A stretch of 64,000 bases of DNA. Source: a virus (taxonomy: Duplodnaviria; Heunggongvirae; Uroviricota; Caudoviricetes). This document shows positions 1 through 9,480 of this stretch, in pieces. The stretch lies in IMG/VR virus record IMGVR_UViG_3300028591_008384; one strand, written 5' to 3'. The translations under genes and the position numbers were made by a program. The stretch's first letter is position 1; the number at the start of each line of letters is the position of its first letter. Under the pieces are notes generated by a model. It searched no databases and was not told the DNA's origin. It worked only from the letters and a program-made list of their open reading frames with translations.

Positions 1-1107
1 ACATCCGGTTGGTCATTCTCCATGACACATTCACAGATGGCAGAATTGTTGACAAGATTACGCAGCATGCTGACATGCGGATGACCAGAAGGACGGAACT
101 TCACTAGGTATTTATTGCCGGCTTGCAGAATGTTATTCCACGAAAGAGACAACGTTCTAGCAACCGACATGGATTTATATCGTTCAATGACCTTGTCCAG
201 AAGCTGAGACTGGAGATTGCCGTCAGAGGTTGGCTGGATTGGATAAGCTGCCGGGTAAATCTTGCTTCCTACCAGTTCAGGATACGATAAGTACACGCCA
301 TCCTTACCGAACATCGGTGACATTGCCGGAGCTGCTGCATATAGTCTAATTCCACGAATGACCAGCCCATCGTTTATTACAGCGACCACGTCAGCCAGCC
401 TGCTCGGATCATCCTTCATGGAGCATGGCGCCACATCGACTTTTGTCACACGTAACTGGGCATTTTCCAAGTAGTTGATGTATGCGTAGGCCGCCTTTAA
501 TTCTAAACGGCATTTTTTAAGACAATCGTGGACATCCATGTTGTCTATGTCAAAATGTGCAGTAATCGCCGGGAGAATCTCGCCGTATTCCTTCCGGTCA
601 ATGCTCGTAGCAGTAGCGAGCTTTTCAAGCATTTCATCTGAATGCTTTATTTGTTCATAACGGGCCACAACAGCATTTGTCACTGCTATACGGATAAGTT
701 CATTCATACGCACGCCGACTGTGTTCGTCGGTTCGACAATACTGTATTTCCCAGTAGCGTCATTATACCTAAGGTCAATACCATTGAGACCGAATAACGA
801 AGTATCGTTAGTAACCTCAACATCGGCCCTAGCGACAAGATCCGGGTCGTTGGAGGCCTCGCATAAGTCAAGATGTAAAACCTTGACCTTAATCTTGTCA
901 AGTGCCTCCTGGTCACTCATGGTTGTCTTCAACTCAGCCTTTGCTTTCTCGCCTTCCAGCGACGTACTGGTCCAACCACCTTCGTCGTTCAGGTACATGA
1001 CATTGACACCGGTCATTGCATCGTTTGCCGTGCATGCTTCCAGGTCCTTGTCACCGATATATTCTTTTAACTCGGTGAGCTCGTCAATTATCTTACTAAG
1101 TTTCATA
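1..1107 (-). CDS. hypothetical protein, C-terminus beyond window edge (>=369 aa)
   Basis: Hand-translated open frame from ATG at 1105-1107 to position 1 with no stop (MKLSKIIDELTELKEY...); SD aaggagtaac precedes the ATG; absent from ORF track because it runs off the edge. Confidence 0.5.
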
Positions 1108-1157
1108 TAGTTACTCCTTTGGAATTTTCATCCATTTATAAAACTATTCCATTTTAA

Positions 1158-1355
1158 TCACCCACTCCTAGTTCTAGGTGTAGCCCGTTGCCTAATTTGC
1201 AACCGTTTTTCAAGGTTCCTAATGATATCGTCCTTACTGCTAATCGTGTTTTCCATACGAGACAACAAGGCATCAACATCACTAGCAATATACGCTCTCC
1301 GTTCCCTGCCATCTACCATAATCGGATATGCTTTCAAATCATACTTAACAGTCAT
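1158..1355 (-). CDS. hypothetical small protein
   Basis: ORF track 65 aa; SD aagggga upstream; ATG overlaps stop of upstream gene. Confidence 0.35.
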   Translation of the reverse strand: MTVKYDLKAYPIMVDGRERRAYIASDVDALLSRMENTISSKDDIIRNLEKRLQIRQRATPRTRSG

Positions 1356-1624
1356 TTATGCCGTTCCCCTTTATAAGCCATTCCATAACTTGTATGTTCG
1401 TCACCATACAAAAGTTCTTTCAATATGTCTGGTTTAACGGAAACTACATCAGTGATGGATTCAATCCCGTGCGCATCAATCATTCGTCTAGCCACATCCG
1501 AGTCGTGGATTATTTTTGCTTTCAAATCATTTAGATGATCCGAACACACTAAGTGCTCTATTCCACTATATGTAAACCCTCTAATGATTCGTACCGATTG
1601 AGAATCACAATAGCAACAATGCAT
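1352..1624 (-). CDS. hypothetical Cys-containing small protein
   Basis: ORF track 90 aa; SD aggagag before ATG; degenerate promoter-like box gctatattgtg upstream. Confidence 0.4.
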   Translation of the reverse strand: MHCCYCDSQSVRIIRGFTYSGIEHLVCSDHLNDLKAKIIHDSDVARRMIDAHGIESITDVVSVKPDILKELLYGDEHTSYGMAYKGERHK

Positions 1625-1673
1625 GACTACTCTCCTACATATATCTCTTTATCACAATATAGCTTATGACATC

Positions 1674-2288
1674 TCACAAATCAACCTTTTGTGTCATCCA
1701 CACTTTGGGGACAGAGCCTAACTTATTTATACACATTTCCATTGTATGAATTATTCCACAAGTTTCAACAACATCATTATCCTTAATTAGCCTTACTCGG
1801 TAACACCTTGAACTAGAGTCACGACCAATCCATATATCGTCTTTATCGGTAATAGTTACAAAATGATGGGCTCTTGACATTGTTGTTTCAGTGTCTTTTG
1901 CCAAATCACTACACCAGTAGCGTGCCCAGTCTTTAGATATAAATCCTGTATCAACTTGAATACCACTAATGGTATATGCCGAATGACCAAATTCATATCC
2001 GGCACCGGGAATAAACCCAAACTTTTTCTTAAAGGATTCGATCCCAGTGTACGAGAAATTCCAAATTTGTTCACACGGTTCATACTTGCACTTGCATAGT
2101 TCGATGGCTTTCATAAATTCTTCATGTGTTGGAATATGATAGCCCTTTACCTGGGACGCCACTCTCACTGCGGCCTCCCATTCATAATAATATATTCCGT
2201 CTATGACTTTAATGCCACCTAGACCGTCATCAATGGATAAATCTTTCTTTTTCCATTGTTGATAGCCAATTTTAATTGTTGAGAACAT
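1674..2288 (-). CDS. FISUMP-like domain protein (Fibrobacter succinogenes major paralogous domain)
   Basis: ORF track 1674..2321 trimmed to the internal Met with SD aaaggagat; motif GIYYYEWEAA resembles the FISUMP G-LY-W-AA signature. Confidence 0.4.
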   Translation of the reverse strand: MFSTIKIGYQQWKKKDLSIDDGLGGIKVIDGIYYYEWEAAVRVASQVKGYHIPTHEEFMKAIELCKCKYEPCEQIWNFSYTGIESFKKKFGFIPGAGYEFGHSAYTISGIQVDTGFISKDWARYWCSDLAKDTETTMSRAHHFVTITDKDDIWIGRDSSSRCYRVRLIKDNDVVETCGIIHTMEMCINKLGSVPKVWMTQKVDL

Positions 2289-2304
2289 AGCTATTCTATC
2301 TCCT

Positions 2305-2688
2305 TTATTCAACCGCCACATGGTCGAACTTCTGTAAACAAAGGTTTACATTCTCGCATACCCATTGACCCCGGCAATAACCTATGATAGTGACATCGTG
2401 CCTATATCCATCAGAATCATCCCACGCTTTTCCAGAAATAGGCTTACCATTCCAGTCTTCAAAGAATAGTTCTCCAGGCATCTTAACTGCCACTATATCA
2501 TACTTGTCGCCACGTTGAAATCTATGAATCAACTTCAGATTGTCATCATATTCTTCTTCATCTACAAATGAACCATCCCAGGTTTTACCAGGCTGTCTAA
2601 ATTTGGCACTTTTTCCTTTAACGGTATATACATTGCCACTATTGTCAATGAGCTGATATCCGTCTTTCCAGTAAGTTTTCTTATCCAT
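2305..2688 (-). CDS. hypothetical protein
   Basis: ORF track 127 aa; SD gaggataac. Confidence 0.45.
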   Translation of the reverse strand: MDKKTYWKDGYQLIDNSGNVYTVKGKSAKFRQPGKTWDGSFVDEEEYDDNLKLIHRFQRGDKYDIVAVKMPGELFFEDWNGKPISGKAWDDSDGYRHDVTIIGYCRGQWVCENVNLCLQKFDHVAVE

Positions 2689-2693
2689 TTTAG

Positions 2694-3341
2694 TTATCCT
2701 CGAGTAATGGGTTCAACGCCCGTCACATCCCGCCCATACATTTCTAAAGCGAGCCGTGCCGCCCAGTATGCGGTATGCCACTCCATACAGGTATTGCATG
2801 GCTTAGGGCCGCACTTTTCATGGGTATCGTTGCGGATACCATCACACTTGAAACACCTGCATCTTTCATTTGCCGCTTGTTGAGCATACTTGTCGCGTGT
2901 CTTTTCGTCGATCATCCCCACTGCCGGTTCTGATGGAATGTTGACGGCTTTCCAATACTTGATTGCAGCCCCGTTGCAGCAATGAAAATTTCCTACTGGG
3001 AGATCGTAGCAGAGAGCATCGCCTTCTTTGTTTTCAGTCCATGTGAGGGACTTGGCTGGGTGCATCTTGGCGACGATGACTGCAGGTCTGAGTTTTTCGG
3101 GGTCCATCCTGTCTTCTAGCAGGGCGAAGATTTCCTCGTTGAGTGGGATTTTCGTGTTGGATGCATCGTTCCAGTCGTTGAATTTCTTCATTGTGTTTAA
3201 TGCATCCTTGCCCCTTTCGGCAAGAACCGCAGCGACTTCGGACAGGAACTTGTCCATCTCTTCTTTCTCGTATCCGGCAACAAACCCATCACTGTTGTTG
3301 TGTCGGAATTGCAGTGCGGCAGGTTTCTTCAGTTCGCTCAT
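2694..3341 (-). CDS. hypothetical protein with C-terminal Cys-rich zinc-ribbon-like region
   Basis: ORF track 2694..3485 trimmed to Met49 (MSELKK), so it no longer overlaps the upstream gene; CRCFKCDG...CNTC cysteine cluster. Confidence 0.45.
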   Translation of the reverse strand: MSELKKPAALQFRHNNSDGFVAGYEKEEMDKFLSEVAAVLAERGKDALNTMKKFNDWNDASNTKIPLNEEIFALLEDRMDPEKLRPAVIVAKMHPAKSLTWTENKEGDALCYDLPVGNFHCCNGAAIKYWKAVNIPSEPAVGMIDEKTRDKYAQQAANERCRCFKCDGIRNDTHEKCGPKPCNTCMEWHTAYWAARLALEMYGRDVTGVEPITRG

Positions 3342-3979
3342 TGTCTTTTTCCTTTTATAGTTGCTACATTTATGTCCGGCCACGGAATCCACGCCAGCGC
3401 TTTCCACTGTTCCATGTCGAACTTGTAGCCGTGCACGTCGGTGAAGCCGGTTCCGTCGAAGTTTACTCTCAGTGGTGACGGGCATGCGTCAAATATAAAC
3501 ACGTAGTCACCGGGACTGGCCACCTTCTTCCATTCATCCAACCCAGGGAAAGCGTTCCATGTAGGACGGATGTTCAGCTTGATTTCGAGGGCAACCTTCT
3601 CGGCATAAAGTTCGTTCTCGCGTTCAAGTGCCGCATCCAGTTTCTTCTCCCAGATTTCTAACCGCTTTTCCGCAGATACCGTGTTCTCCTGGTCATATTT
3701 GTCCAGTTCGGACGCCATCGGGCCCCACGGATTGCTATCCTCGGTGTAACCTACGAGGATGCGGTCACGGTCGTCACCCGGGAATGTGATGAGGAACCCC
3801 TCGGTATCGCCGGACCGGTATTCCTCCAGCGAGAACGCGGTTATTCCGAGCCACGTATCCGTGACATCGATTGACTCGGCCCCGTCCCTTTCCACTACGG
3901 ACGACTCATAGCGGTCCTCGTAGCCTTCCTCGATAAGGAAGTCGAACGACTTCTTGATTTCTTCCATTGTACACGTCAT
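3338..3979 (-). CDS. hypothetical protein
   Basis: ORF track 3338..4015 trimmed to the Met immediately downstream of promoter box CAATGCTATATTTATTACT-ATG. Confidence 0.45.
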   Translation of the reverse strand: MTCTMEEIKKSFDFLIEEGYEDRYESSVVERDGAESIDVTDTWLGITAFSLEEYRSGDTEGFLITFPGDDRDRILVGYTEDSNPWGPMASELDKYDQENTVSAEKRLEIWEKKLDAALERENELYAEKVALEIKLNIRPTWNAFPGLDEWKKVASPGDYVFIFDACPSPLRVNFDGTGFTDVHGYKFDMEQWKALAWIPWPDINVATIKGKRQ

Positions 3980-3982
3980 AGT

Positions 3983-4017
3983 AATAAATATAGCATTGTT
4001 TCCTCCTGTTGGCAACC
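3983..4017 (-). promoter_or_regulatory. phage promoter motif (GGTTGCCAAC ... TGCTATATTT), leaderless start
   Basis: Reverse complement reads GGTTGCCAAC-N-CAATGCTATATTTATTACT then ATG; the -7 box fits the Bacteroidetes TAnnTTTG consensus. Confidence 0.5.
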
Positions 4018-4040
4018 GGGAACATTTTTGCTACATTTGT
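4008..4040 (+). promoter_or_regulatory. phage promoter motif for the plus-strand operon 4064-5816
   Basis: GTTGGCAACC-N7-TTTTTGCTACATTTG; SD aaggagt then ATG at 4064; divergent from the minus-strand promoter at 3983. Confidence 0.5.
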
Positions 4041-4063
4041 AACACCCAGTATAAGGAGTAACC

Positions 4064-4744
4064 ATGAGCAACATAGTAATACCCAAGGAACTGCCGGACT
4101 TAATCGACCGTTTCCACTTCCTGTGGAACAAGCTCCGGATCATCAAGAACCAGCGTATAGATTCGGACAGGCATGCCCTGCTTGAAAAGCTCAGGAACAT
4201 CAAGGCGCCAAGCGAGCTTGAAAAGCGCCTCATTGAGCAAATCGAGGGCGAGGAGAAGGCATGCCTGGATAACGGCGACAAACTCGAAAAGACATACCGG
4301 GAGGAAGAGGCCAGCCTCTATGAAAAGGTAAGGAAGGCATGCAAGGACATGCTCCTGGGTAAATACATCAAGCACATTACCGCATGGTACACCATATACA
4401 TGCGGGTGGACCAGGTGACAATGACCGGACGCACCGTGTCCATTTCCGGCAAAAGCATCAGCTTTTACAGGGAACACAACAATTTCCAATGGGCGTGCGT
4501 ACAGCATTATGACCTATTCGACATCAGCCAGGTCATATATGGGAATGCAACGCCTACACTGGAATCCCTGGAAACCGAACTGCAGCATTTTGAAATCATG
4601 AGCCGTGAAGAAGTAATCAACATTATGAAAGAGTACAAGGACAAGCTGGTAAAGGAATGCGACCACATCATCGACTATGCCGAGAAGATGGAAGACGACC
4701 CGATGCCGGAAGATGTACCGGTAGATACCAGCAAAATGGAGTAA
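4064..4744 (+). CDS. hypothetical protein
   Basis: ORF track 226 aa; SD taaggagt 8 nt upstream. Confidence 0.5.
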   Translation: MSNIVIPKELPDLIDRFHFLWNKLRIIKNQRIDSDRHALLEKLRNIKAPSELEKRLIEQIEGEEKACLDNGDKLEKTYREEEASLYEKVRKACKDMLLGKYIKHITAWYTIYMRVDQVTMTGRTVSISGKSISFYREHNNFQWACVQHYDLFDISQVIYGNATPTLESLETELQHFEIMSREEVINIMKEYKDKLVKECDHIIDYAEKMEDDPMPEDVPVDTSKME

Positions 4745-4755
4745 AGGAGAACACC

Positions 4756-5208
4756 ATGGGCAAGAGCAAGTATTGGAACTGGTATGGAAACGACCCGATG
4801 CCTGAGGTGGCAGAACGGTACTACGACCTTCTCGAAGAGGTGAACAACTCGTTTCCCGACGAGATGTGGGATGCCGACAAGGTACCGGGCGTGGAATCCG
4901 GACGGTACGAGGGATACGTGTCCGTCTACCATATATGCCATGACGGCCCGGAAGACATCCACCTCGACATTGACAAGGACGATAATGGCAAGTGCACCGT
5001 AGCACTATGCTCGTTGCGAGACAACGGCGCCAAGAATTTCTGGGACTTCCCGAAACGGGTGTTCATGAAGTACAGAGTGCCATACAAGGTGCTAATGGAT
5101 CGTGACTTCGCCTTCAACATCCTCGTACTCTTCGCCGGATCGAAGAAGGGATATCGCAAGGAGATGGCGAAATTCATCACCAAGTACGGCGGTAAACCGA
5201 CTAAATAG
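4756..5208 (+). CDS. hypothetical protein
   Basis: ORF track 4657..5208 trimmed to Met34 (MGKSKYW) with SD aaaggaga; it begins after the stop of the upstream gene. Confidence 0.45.
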   Translation: MGKSKYWNWYGNDPMPEVAERYYDLLEEVNNSFPDEMWDADKVPGVESGRYEGYVSVYHICHDGPEDIHLDIDKDDNGKCTVALCSLRDNGAKNFWDFPKRVFMKYRVPYKVLMDRDFAFNILVLFAGSKKGYRKEMAKFITKYGGKPTK

Positions 5209-5217
5209 GAGATTGTC

Positions 5218-5562
5218 ATGACCAATATCCCCCTTATTGTCCATCTAGGTGACGGGTGTGTCATCGTGGGAACCCTCGTATCGTTCCAGCAGAACCTTCC
5301 CGTGCCTACCTTCTTCGACAGCGCCATCCACCAGTTACCCGAGGCATCATGCAGTATTGGCGTGCTGACCGATACCATGGGGACCCTCGACTTCAACGCC
5401 AGACACATAGTCAAGATAGGGACCGACAAGGACCACATGGTCAATATCAAGGCGGCAATGGATGTCGTACTGTACCTTACATCACTGCTGAACCTGGATC
5501 GCAAGGTCGAAAGTTCCGTTGAACAACTCTTACAGCAAATCTGCCAGGATGCCTCCGCATGA
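5218..5562 (+). CDS. hypothetical protein
   Basis: ORF track 114 aa; SD aggag. Confidence 0.4.
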   Translation: MTNIPLIVHLGDGCVIVGTLVSFQQNLPVPTFFDSAIHQLPEASCSIGVLTDTMGTLDFNARHIVKIGTDKDHMVNIKAAMDVVLYLTSLLNLDRKVESSVEQLLQQICQDASA

Positions 5563-5816
5563 CCGGTCTTGATGATTTCGAGCGTCTCTATGACGAACTT
5601 TTAGGACACCGCGAGGAGCCGCCCCAGTCGAACGAGTACAACCCGGACGACCCGCTTGGGCTAAGCTCCGGCAGGGTGACGTGCACTATGGCGACACTGA
5701 TTGACCCCTGGGAGGAAGCAATATCCGAGGCATTCGTCCAGGACGGAAATGGCAACTGGATAATGGACGAGGAAACCCGGAATAGAAGGGACATGCTCAT
5801 CAGGCAGTGGCTTTGA
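5559..5816 (+). CDS. hypothetical protein
   Basis: ORF track 85 aa; ATGA start/stop overlap with the upstream gene. Confidence 0.4.
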   Translation: MTGLDDFERLYDELLGHREEPPQSNEYNPDDPLGLSSGRVTCTMATLIDPWEEAISEAFVQDGNGNWIMDEETRNRRDMLIRQWL

Positions 5817-5855
5817 GCCAGGCATCCACCGGGCCAAGTGTTTGCTTCCATTCCA

Positions 5856-6569
5856 TCATTTCCGTTTCCCGCTATGTGTACGACGCCATTCGTTGGATTC
5901 GTGCGCAAAGTTCCTTACAATGATTGCGAAGTTTTGCTTGTTGTAGTAGAACTGCCACCGTCCCCAGAGGCCAATCCAGTCGAACACGGTGACGAAAAAG
6001 ATTAGCCACACGTGTTCCTTGAAAAAGTCACCCACCGCCAAGGCGGACAAGGCACCGATTACGGCGCCGACGTTACTCATCAGCCGCTCGGCGTTGGAAT
6101 GGTTCTGGTAGTCTATCTGGTTCTTGTACAGGCTTTGCTCGAAAACATCCCCTATGCTCGGTATTATCATTTCCGTTATGAACCGCACTATCCTCAGTAG
6201 CAGGTCATGGACGAAGAATAGCCGGCATACGCCTTCCCAGTCCACGGTAGGGTCATATTTTCCTATCATGTAAGCCAGGAAAAATGACAGTTCCACCACG
6301 GTAAAGAACAGCGTTTCCGAAATATCTATTGCCTTGAAATGGCAGAATACCCAGCGTTTCTTGTTGACGTCGCTGGCTATGTAGGCGCTTACCAGGCCGA
6401 TAAGGCAGCTGACTATGAGCTGGATAGAGTACACTCGGCTACCTAGCCCTATGTCCAGCATAAGGAATGTCGGCATTAGCATGCCGTATATCACGCAGTT
6501 GAGCATCAGCGTGAACAAATATACCGTTTGCTGCCTGCTCATGAAAAGCGCATGTATCCTATCGAACAT
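5856..6569 (-). CDS. integral membrane protein (multiple predicted TM helices)
   Basis: ORF track 237 aa; long hydrophobic stretches throughout; convergent with the plus-strand operon. Confidence 0.45.
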   Translation of the reverse strand: MFDRIHALFMSRQQTVYLFTLMLNCVIYGMLMPTFLMLDIGLGSRVYSIQLIVSCLIGLVSAYIASDVNKKRWVFCHFKAIDISETLFFTVVELSFFLAYMIGKYDPTVDWEGVCRLFFVHDLLLRIVRFITEMIIPSIGDVFEQSLYKNQIDYQNHSNAERLMSNVGAVIGALSALAVGDFFKEHVWLIFFVTVFDWIGLWGRWQFYYNKQNFAIIVRNFAHESNEWRRTHSGKRK

Positions 6570-6592
6570 AGGCTTGCTACGGTTAGATATTG

Positions 6593-6748
6593 TTAATTTC
6601 CTCTATTTTCGCCACGTGATGTACAGGTTTCCGGATGATAAATCAGGCGGCCGTCTGCGGTCATTTCAAAGGCGGGGTTCTCCCTGCAGATGGCCTTATA
6701 TATGCCACATGGCTCGCGGTAAGTGACTTTATTGTTGATATGTTTCAT
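6593..6748 (-). CDS. hypothetical small protein
   Basis: ORF track 6593..6784 trimmed to the Met directly after promoter box TTTGCTATATTTTCTGC-ATG (MKHINNKV). Confidence 0.3.
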   Translation of the reverse strand: MKHINNKVTYREPCGIYKAICRENPAFEMTADGRLIYHPETCTSRGENRGN

Positions 6749-6790
6749 GCAGAAAATATAGCAAATTGGGGCTACCGGTGGCAACCGTCA
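6749..6790 (-). promoter_or_regulatory. phage promoter motif
   Basis: Reverse complement GGTTGCCACCGGTAGCCCCAATTTGCTATATTTT immediately 5' of the ATG. Confidence 0.5.
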
Positions 6791-6983
6791 GTCCGCAGCC
6801 GCCTATTCGGCTTCCTTGAGGCTAGACTTGGATCATTTGGCCCTACGGACATGTTCGCGGCTAGGGGATTTGCTCATAGGTACTACTTGTCATATCTTCT
6901 CGGGGTGACGGATTATTGCCCGGATTACTAATGCTATAAACTATTAAAACAATCCCTATGAATAATAGGGCTTGCCACATGAG

Positions 6984-7142
6984 CTACTTAAATTTTGGTT
7001 TCTTAAGTTGCCCATTTTTGTCCAATACGGTACCCGGCTTCGACCGAGTTGTACCTTGAACAAGAGTGCCATCCTTCCTGACATAGGGTTTTTGTTTCAC
7101 TGGCCCTATTCCAGAAAGGATTGCTGAGGACTTTATCGCCAT
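6984..7142 (-). CDS. hypothetical small basic (Lys-rich C-terminus) protein
   Basis: ORF track 6984..7199 trimmed to Met20 with SD aaggagt at 6 nt spacing; variant promoter GGTTGCCAAATACG...TTGCTATGTTTG upstream at about 7200-7240. Confidence 0.3.
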   Translation of the reverse strand: MAIKSSAILSGIGPVKQKPYVRKDGTLVQGTTRSKPGTVLDKNGQLKKPKFK

Positions 7143-7437
7143 TAGCATACTCCTTGTTACATCGCGACGGAATTGTCTTGAATGCAACAAACATAGCAAT
7201 ACGATAACGTATTTGGCAACCTAATTCGAATACGTTATTTGTTGGGATGTCTTCCATGACTGGAAATATGACAAATGATGGTACCGGTGGCGGTCGAACG
7301 GGTCGTATGCGCTTGCATAAATGCGTTGACAGTTATATGCGGGGCGCTAATGATACCGTACGGGCTGCTGAGTTGACCGGTGGAATATAGTTTATGTCCT
7401 AGAAATGATATAAACTGTATCCGAAAAGGAGCGTTTC

Positions 7438-8181
7438 ATGTCTAATGATTACATAATTATTTCTATGACCAGTTATCCAGCAAGAATAGCTGATGTCGGT
7501 CTAGTGTGGTATTCGATTTTACAACAAATCAAACCTGAATATAATGTGCACTGTGTTCTGGTTTTATCGGAAGAAGAATTCCCTCATAAGGAAAATGACC
7601 TGCCGTCCGATCTTCGTACAATCATAGCCAGCGGTAAAGTAGAATTACTTTGGACACCACGTAACACACGCTCGCACAAGAAACTAATGCCAACGCTTGA
7701 CAAGTATCCCGATAATCCGATCCTAATTATCGATGATGACCAGCTTAGACCGAATGGATGGTTAAAACAGTTTGTTGATGATCATGCATTGTGGCCGCAT
7801 GATGTACTTGCGGGCAGAATTAAACAACGCGAAATAAATGGAAAATTTGTATGGAAAGATATTACTGAAGCTGAACGCGGACAGCTTATTCCTTATGGAC
7901 GTTCACAAAACGGTCGTGGAGGTACGTTGTATCCCCCTCATCTATTTACCGATCCGGAATTTTTTGATGAAAAGCTGTATATGAAGTATAGCCCAACATC
8001 GGATGAATCATGGCAATACTATTGGATGCGAAAGCATAAAATTTGGCCACGAGCAACCCGCGCATATATTGATGATGTAGACTATGTCATTCAAGCTGCC
8101 CAAAATGAGCTTGCACTGTGGTCAGTAAATCGCGGTAAATATGATGGAATTTTGTCAACCCTAATAAAAACATTTGGATAG
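7438..8181 (+). CDS. putative glycosyltransferase (DxD motif IIDDD); paralog of 9481..10173
   Basis: ORF track 247 aa; SD aaaggag; shares blocks with 9481..10173 (SxTSYP.R, LxLAEEEFP.KE.xLP.DL, E[IL]LW, N.RS.KK, P[IL][IL]S[IA]DDD); the glycosyltransferase call rests on recall of the DxD motif only. Confidence 0.35.
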   Translation: MSNDYIIISMTSYPARIADVGLVWYSILQQIKPEYNVHCVLVLSEEEFPHKENDLPSDLRTIIASGKVELLWTPRNTRSHKKLMPTLDKYPDNPILIIDDDQLRPNGWLKQFVDDHALWPHDVLAGRIKQREINGKFVWKDITEAERGQLIPYGRSQNGRGGTLYPPHLFTDPEFFDEKLYMKYSPTSDESWQYYWMRKHKIWPRATRAYIDDVDYVIQAAQNELALWSVNRGKYDGILSTLIKTFG

Positions 8182-8818
8182 CATGCCCGATTTACACGAC
8201 ATTACTCTACTCACCGCAACGTTTAACCGACATGATTTTACGGTGTCGATGCTTCAATCATTCTATTCCATATTCAAGACTATACCATACACCATAATTC
8301 TTGATAACTCAACTGAAATACCATTTCCGGATACTCCCAATAAATACATTACCGTGGTTGATAACACAAATTTCAAACATACACCAAATTATCATCAACC
8401 ATCAAAAAATCATTGTGCATCTTTAGATTGGATTCTCCGCACCGGAATTAAAACCAAGTTCTGTTTACTTTGTGATAACGACATATTATTTAAGCCCAGT
8501 GCTCTAAATCTCTTAAATGATTTTCATAATTTCAATGCGGTTGGCGAAATTGGGTATGACCGTGTGCCACCCGCTAGATTATATCCATATTTTTGTATTT
8601 TAGACATCGATTTTATATTAACAAATGGCATACACTATTTTGATGAATCCAGATGTATGATAAATAATGCCACTATGGATACCGGGTGTTCTTTTTATCA
8701 GGACATGAAAACTCACAACGCTAATATCAAGAAAATACGTCTGTCTGATTATGTCATACACCTTAAAGGTGGCACCTTACGTGGCAAACCACTCGAAGAA
8801 CTTATAAATAGGCAATAG
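8174..8818 (+). CDS. glycosyltransferase family 2-like (GT-A fold)
   Basis: ORF track 214 aa; N-terminal LLTATFNR...IILDNST and a CDNDI DxD-like motif, typical of GT2. Confidence 0.5.
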   Translation: MDSMPDLHDITLLTATFNRHDFTVSMLQSFYSIFKTIPYTIILDNSTEIPFPDTPNKYITVVDNTNFKHTPNYHQPSKNHCASLDWILRTGIKTKFCLLCDNDILFKPSALNLLNDFHNFNAVGEIGYDRVPPARLYPYFCILDIDFILTNGIHYFDESRCMINNATMDTGCSFYQDMKTHNANIKKIRLSDYVIHLKGGTLRGKPLEELINRQ

Positions 8819-8822
8819 ATAA

Positions 8823-9476
8823 TTATTGGGCGGATAAAGTAATATCAGGCTTTATGTAATCGTTTTTATCTAAGCCGCAAAAAGCAGCAATTTCATCACC
8901 GTATTTTAATATCATTGGTTCCGGCATCATCTTATTGGCATCATATATATAAAGACAATTTTCATTAGTCTTAATCGATGCTAAATTGGTTGAATGTGTT
9001 ATAATAATGCGTTTGTATGAGGTCTCCAGTTGCATTATTTCAGGTAGTACATTGCCATTTTTTTCATTAGCATAGTCTTCTTCATGTATTATGAATATGG
9101 GTGCTTCAACATTTCCATCATTAAACATCCTAGATACTCGTTCTTTATACTTGTTTAATAGATATTTATGAATATCGCGATAGAAAATACTTGCGCCCTT
9201 TGCATAAGGTGTGGAATGCTTATCTGACCAAAAATAATGCACGTAATGTATATCGGCAATTTTATTAAGCTGTAAAGTAAGGGTAAATTCTCTTGTCGGA
9301 TTGGGCACTATTTTAATATCACCCCAATCAATTTTAGCCCACATAGATATCAAATTCAGTATTGAATTGTAAGGCACAACTGACCAAATAAATGGACTAT
9401 AAAATGCTGTGTTTAGATAATTATGATAAAAATTACCCGCACAACAATTTGAACCAACTACAACCGGATATTTCAT
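8823..9476 (-). CDS. DUF1919-like protein (family found in exopolysaccharide/capsule loci)
   Basis: ORF track 217 aa; the N-terminus VVVGSNCCAGNFYHNY resembles the DUF1919 signature IISNNCWGGxxY; SD ggagataat. Confidence 0.45.
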   Translation of the reverse strand: MKYPVVVGSNCCAGNFYHNYLNTAFYSPFIWSVVPYNSILNLISMWAKIDWGDIKIVPNPTREFTLTLQLNKIADIHYVHYFWSDKHSTPYAKGASIFYRDIHKYLLNKYKERVSRMFNDGNVEAPIFIIHEEDYANEKNGNVLPEIMQLETSYKRIIITHSTNLASIKTNENCLYIYDANKMMPEPMILKYGDEIAAFCGLDKNDYIKPDITLSAQ

Positions 9477-9480
9477 CTAA

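Noticed and set aside
262-1110. Plus-strand ORFs 262..474 and 721..1110 and minus ORF 704..916
   Set aside because: They lie inside a long uninterrupted minus-strand reading frame (1-1107) that has its own SD and start, so they are antisense or alternate-frame artefacts.
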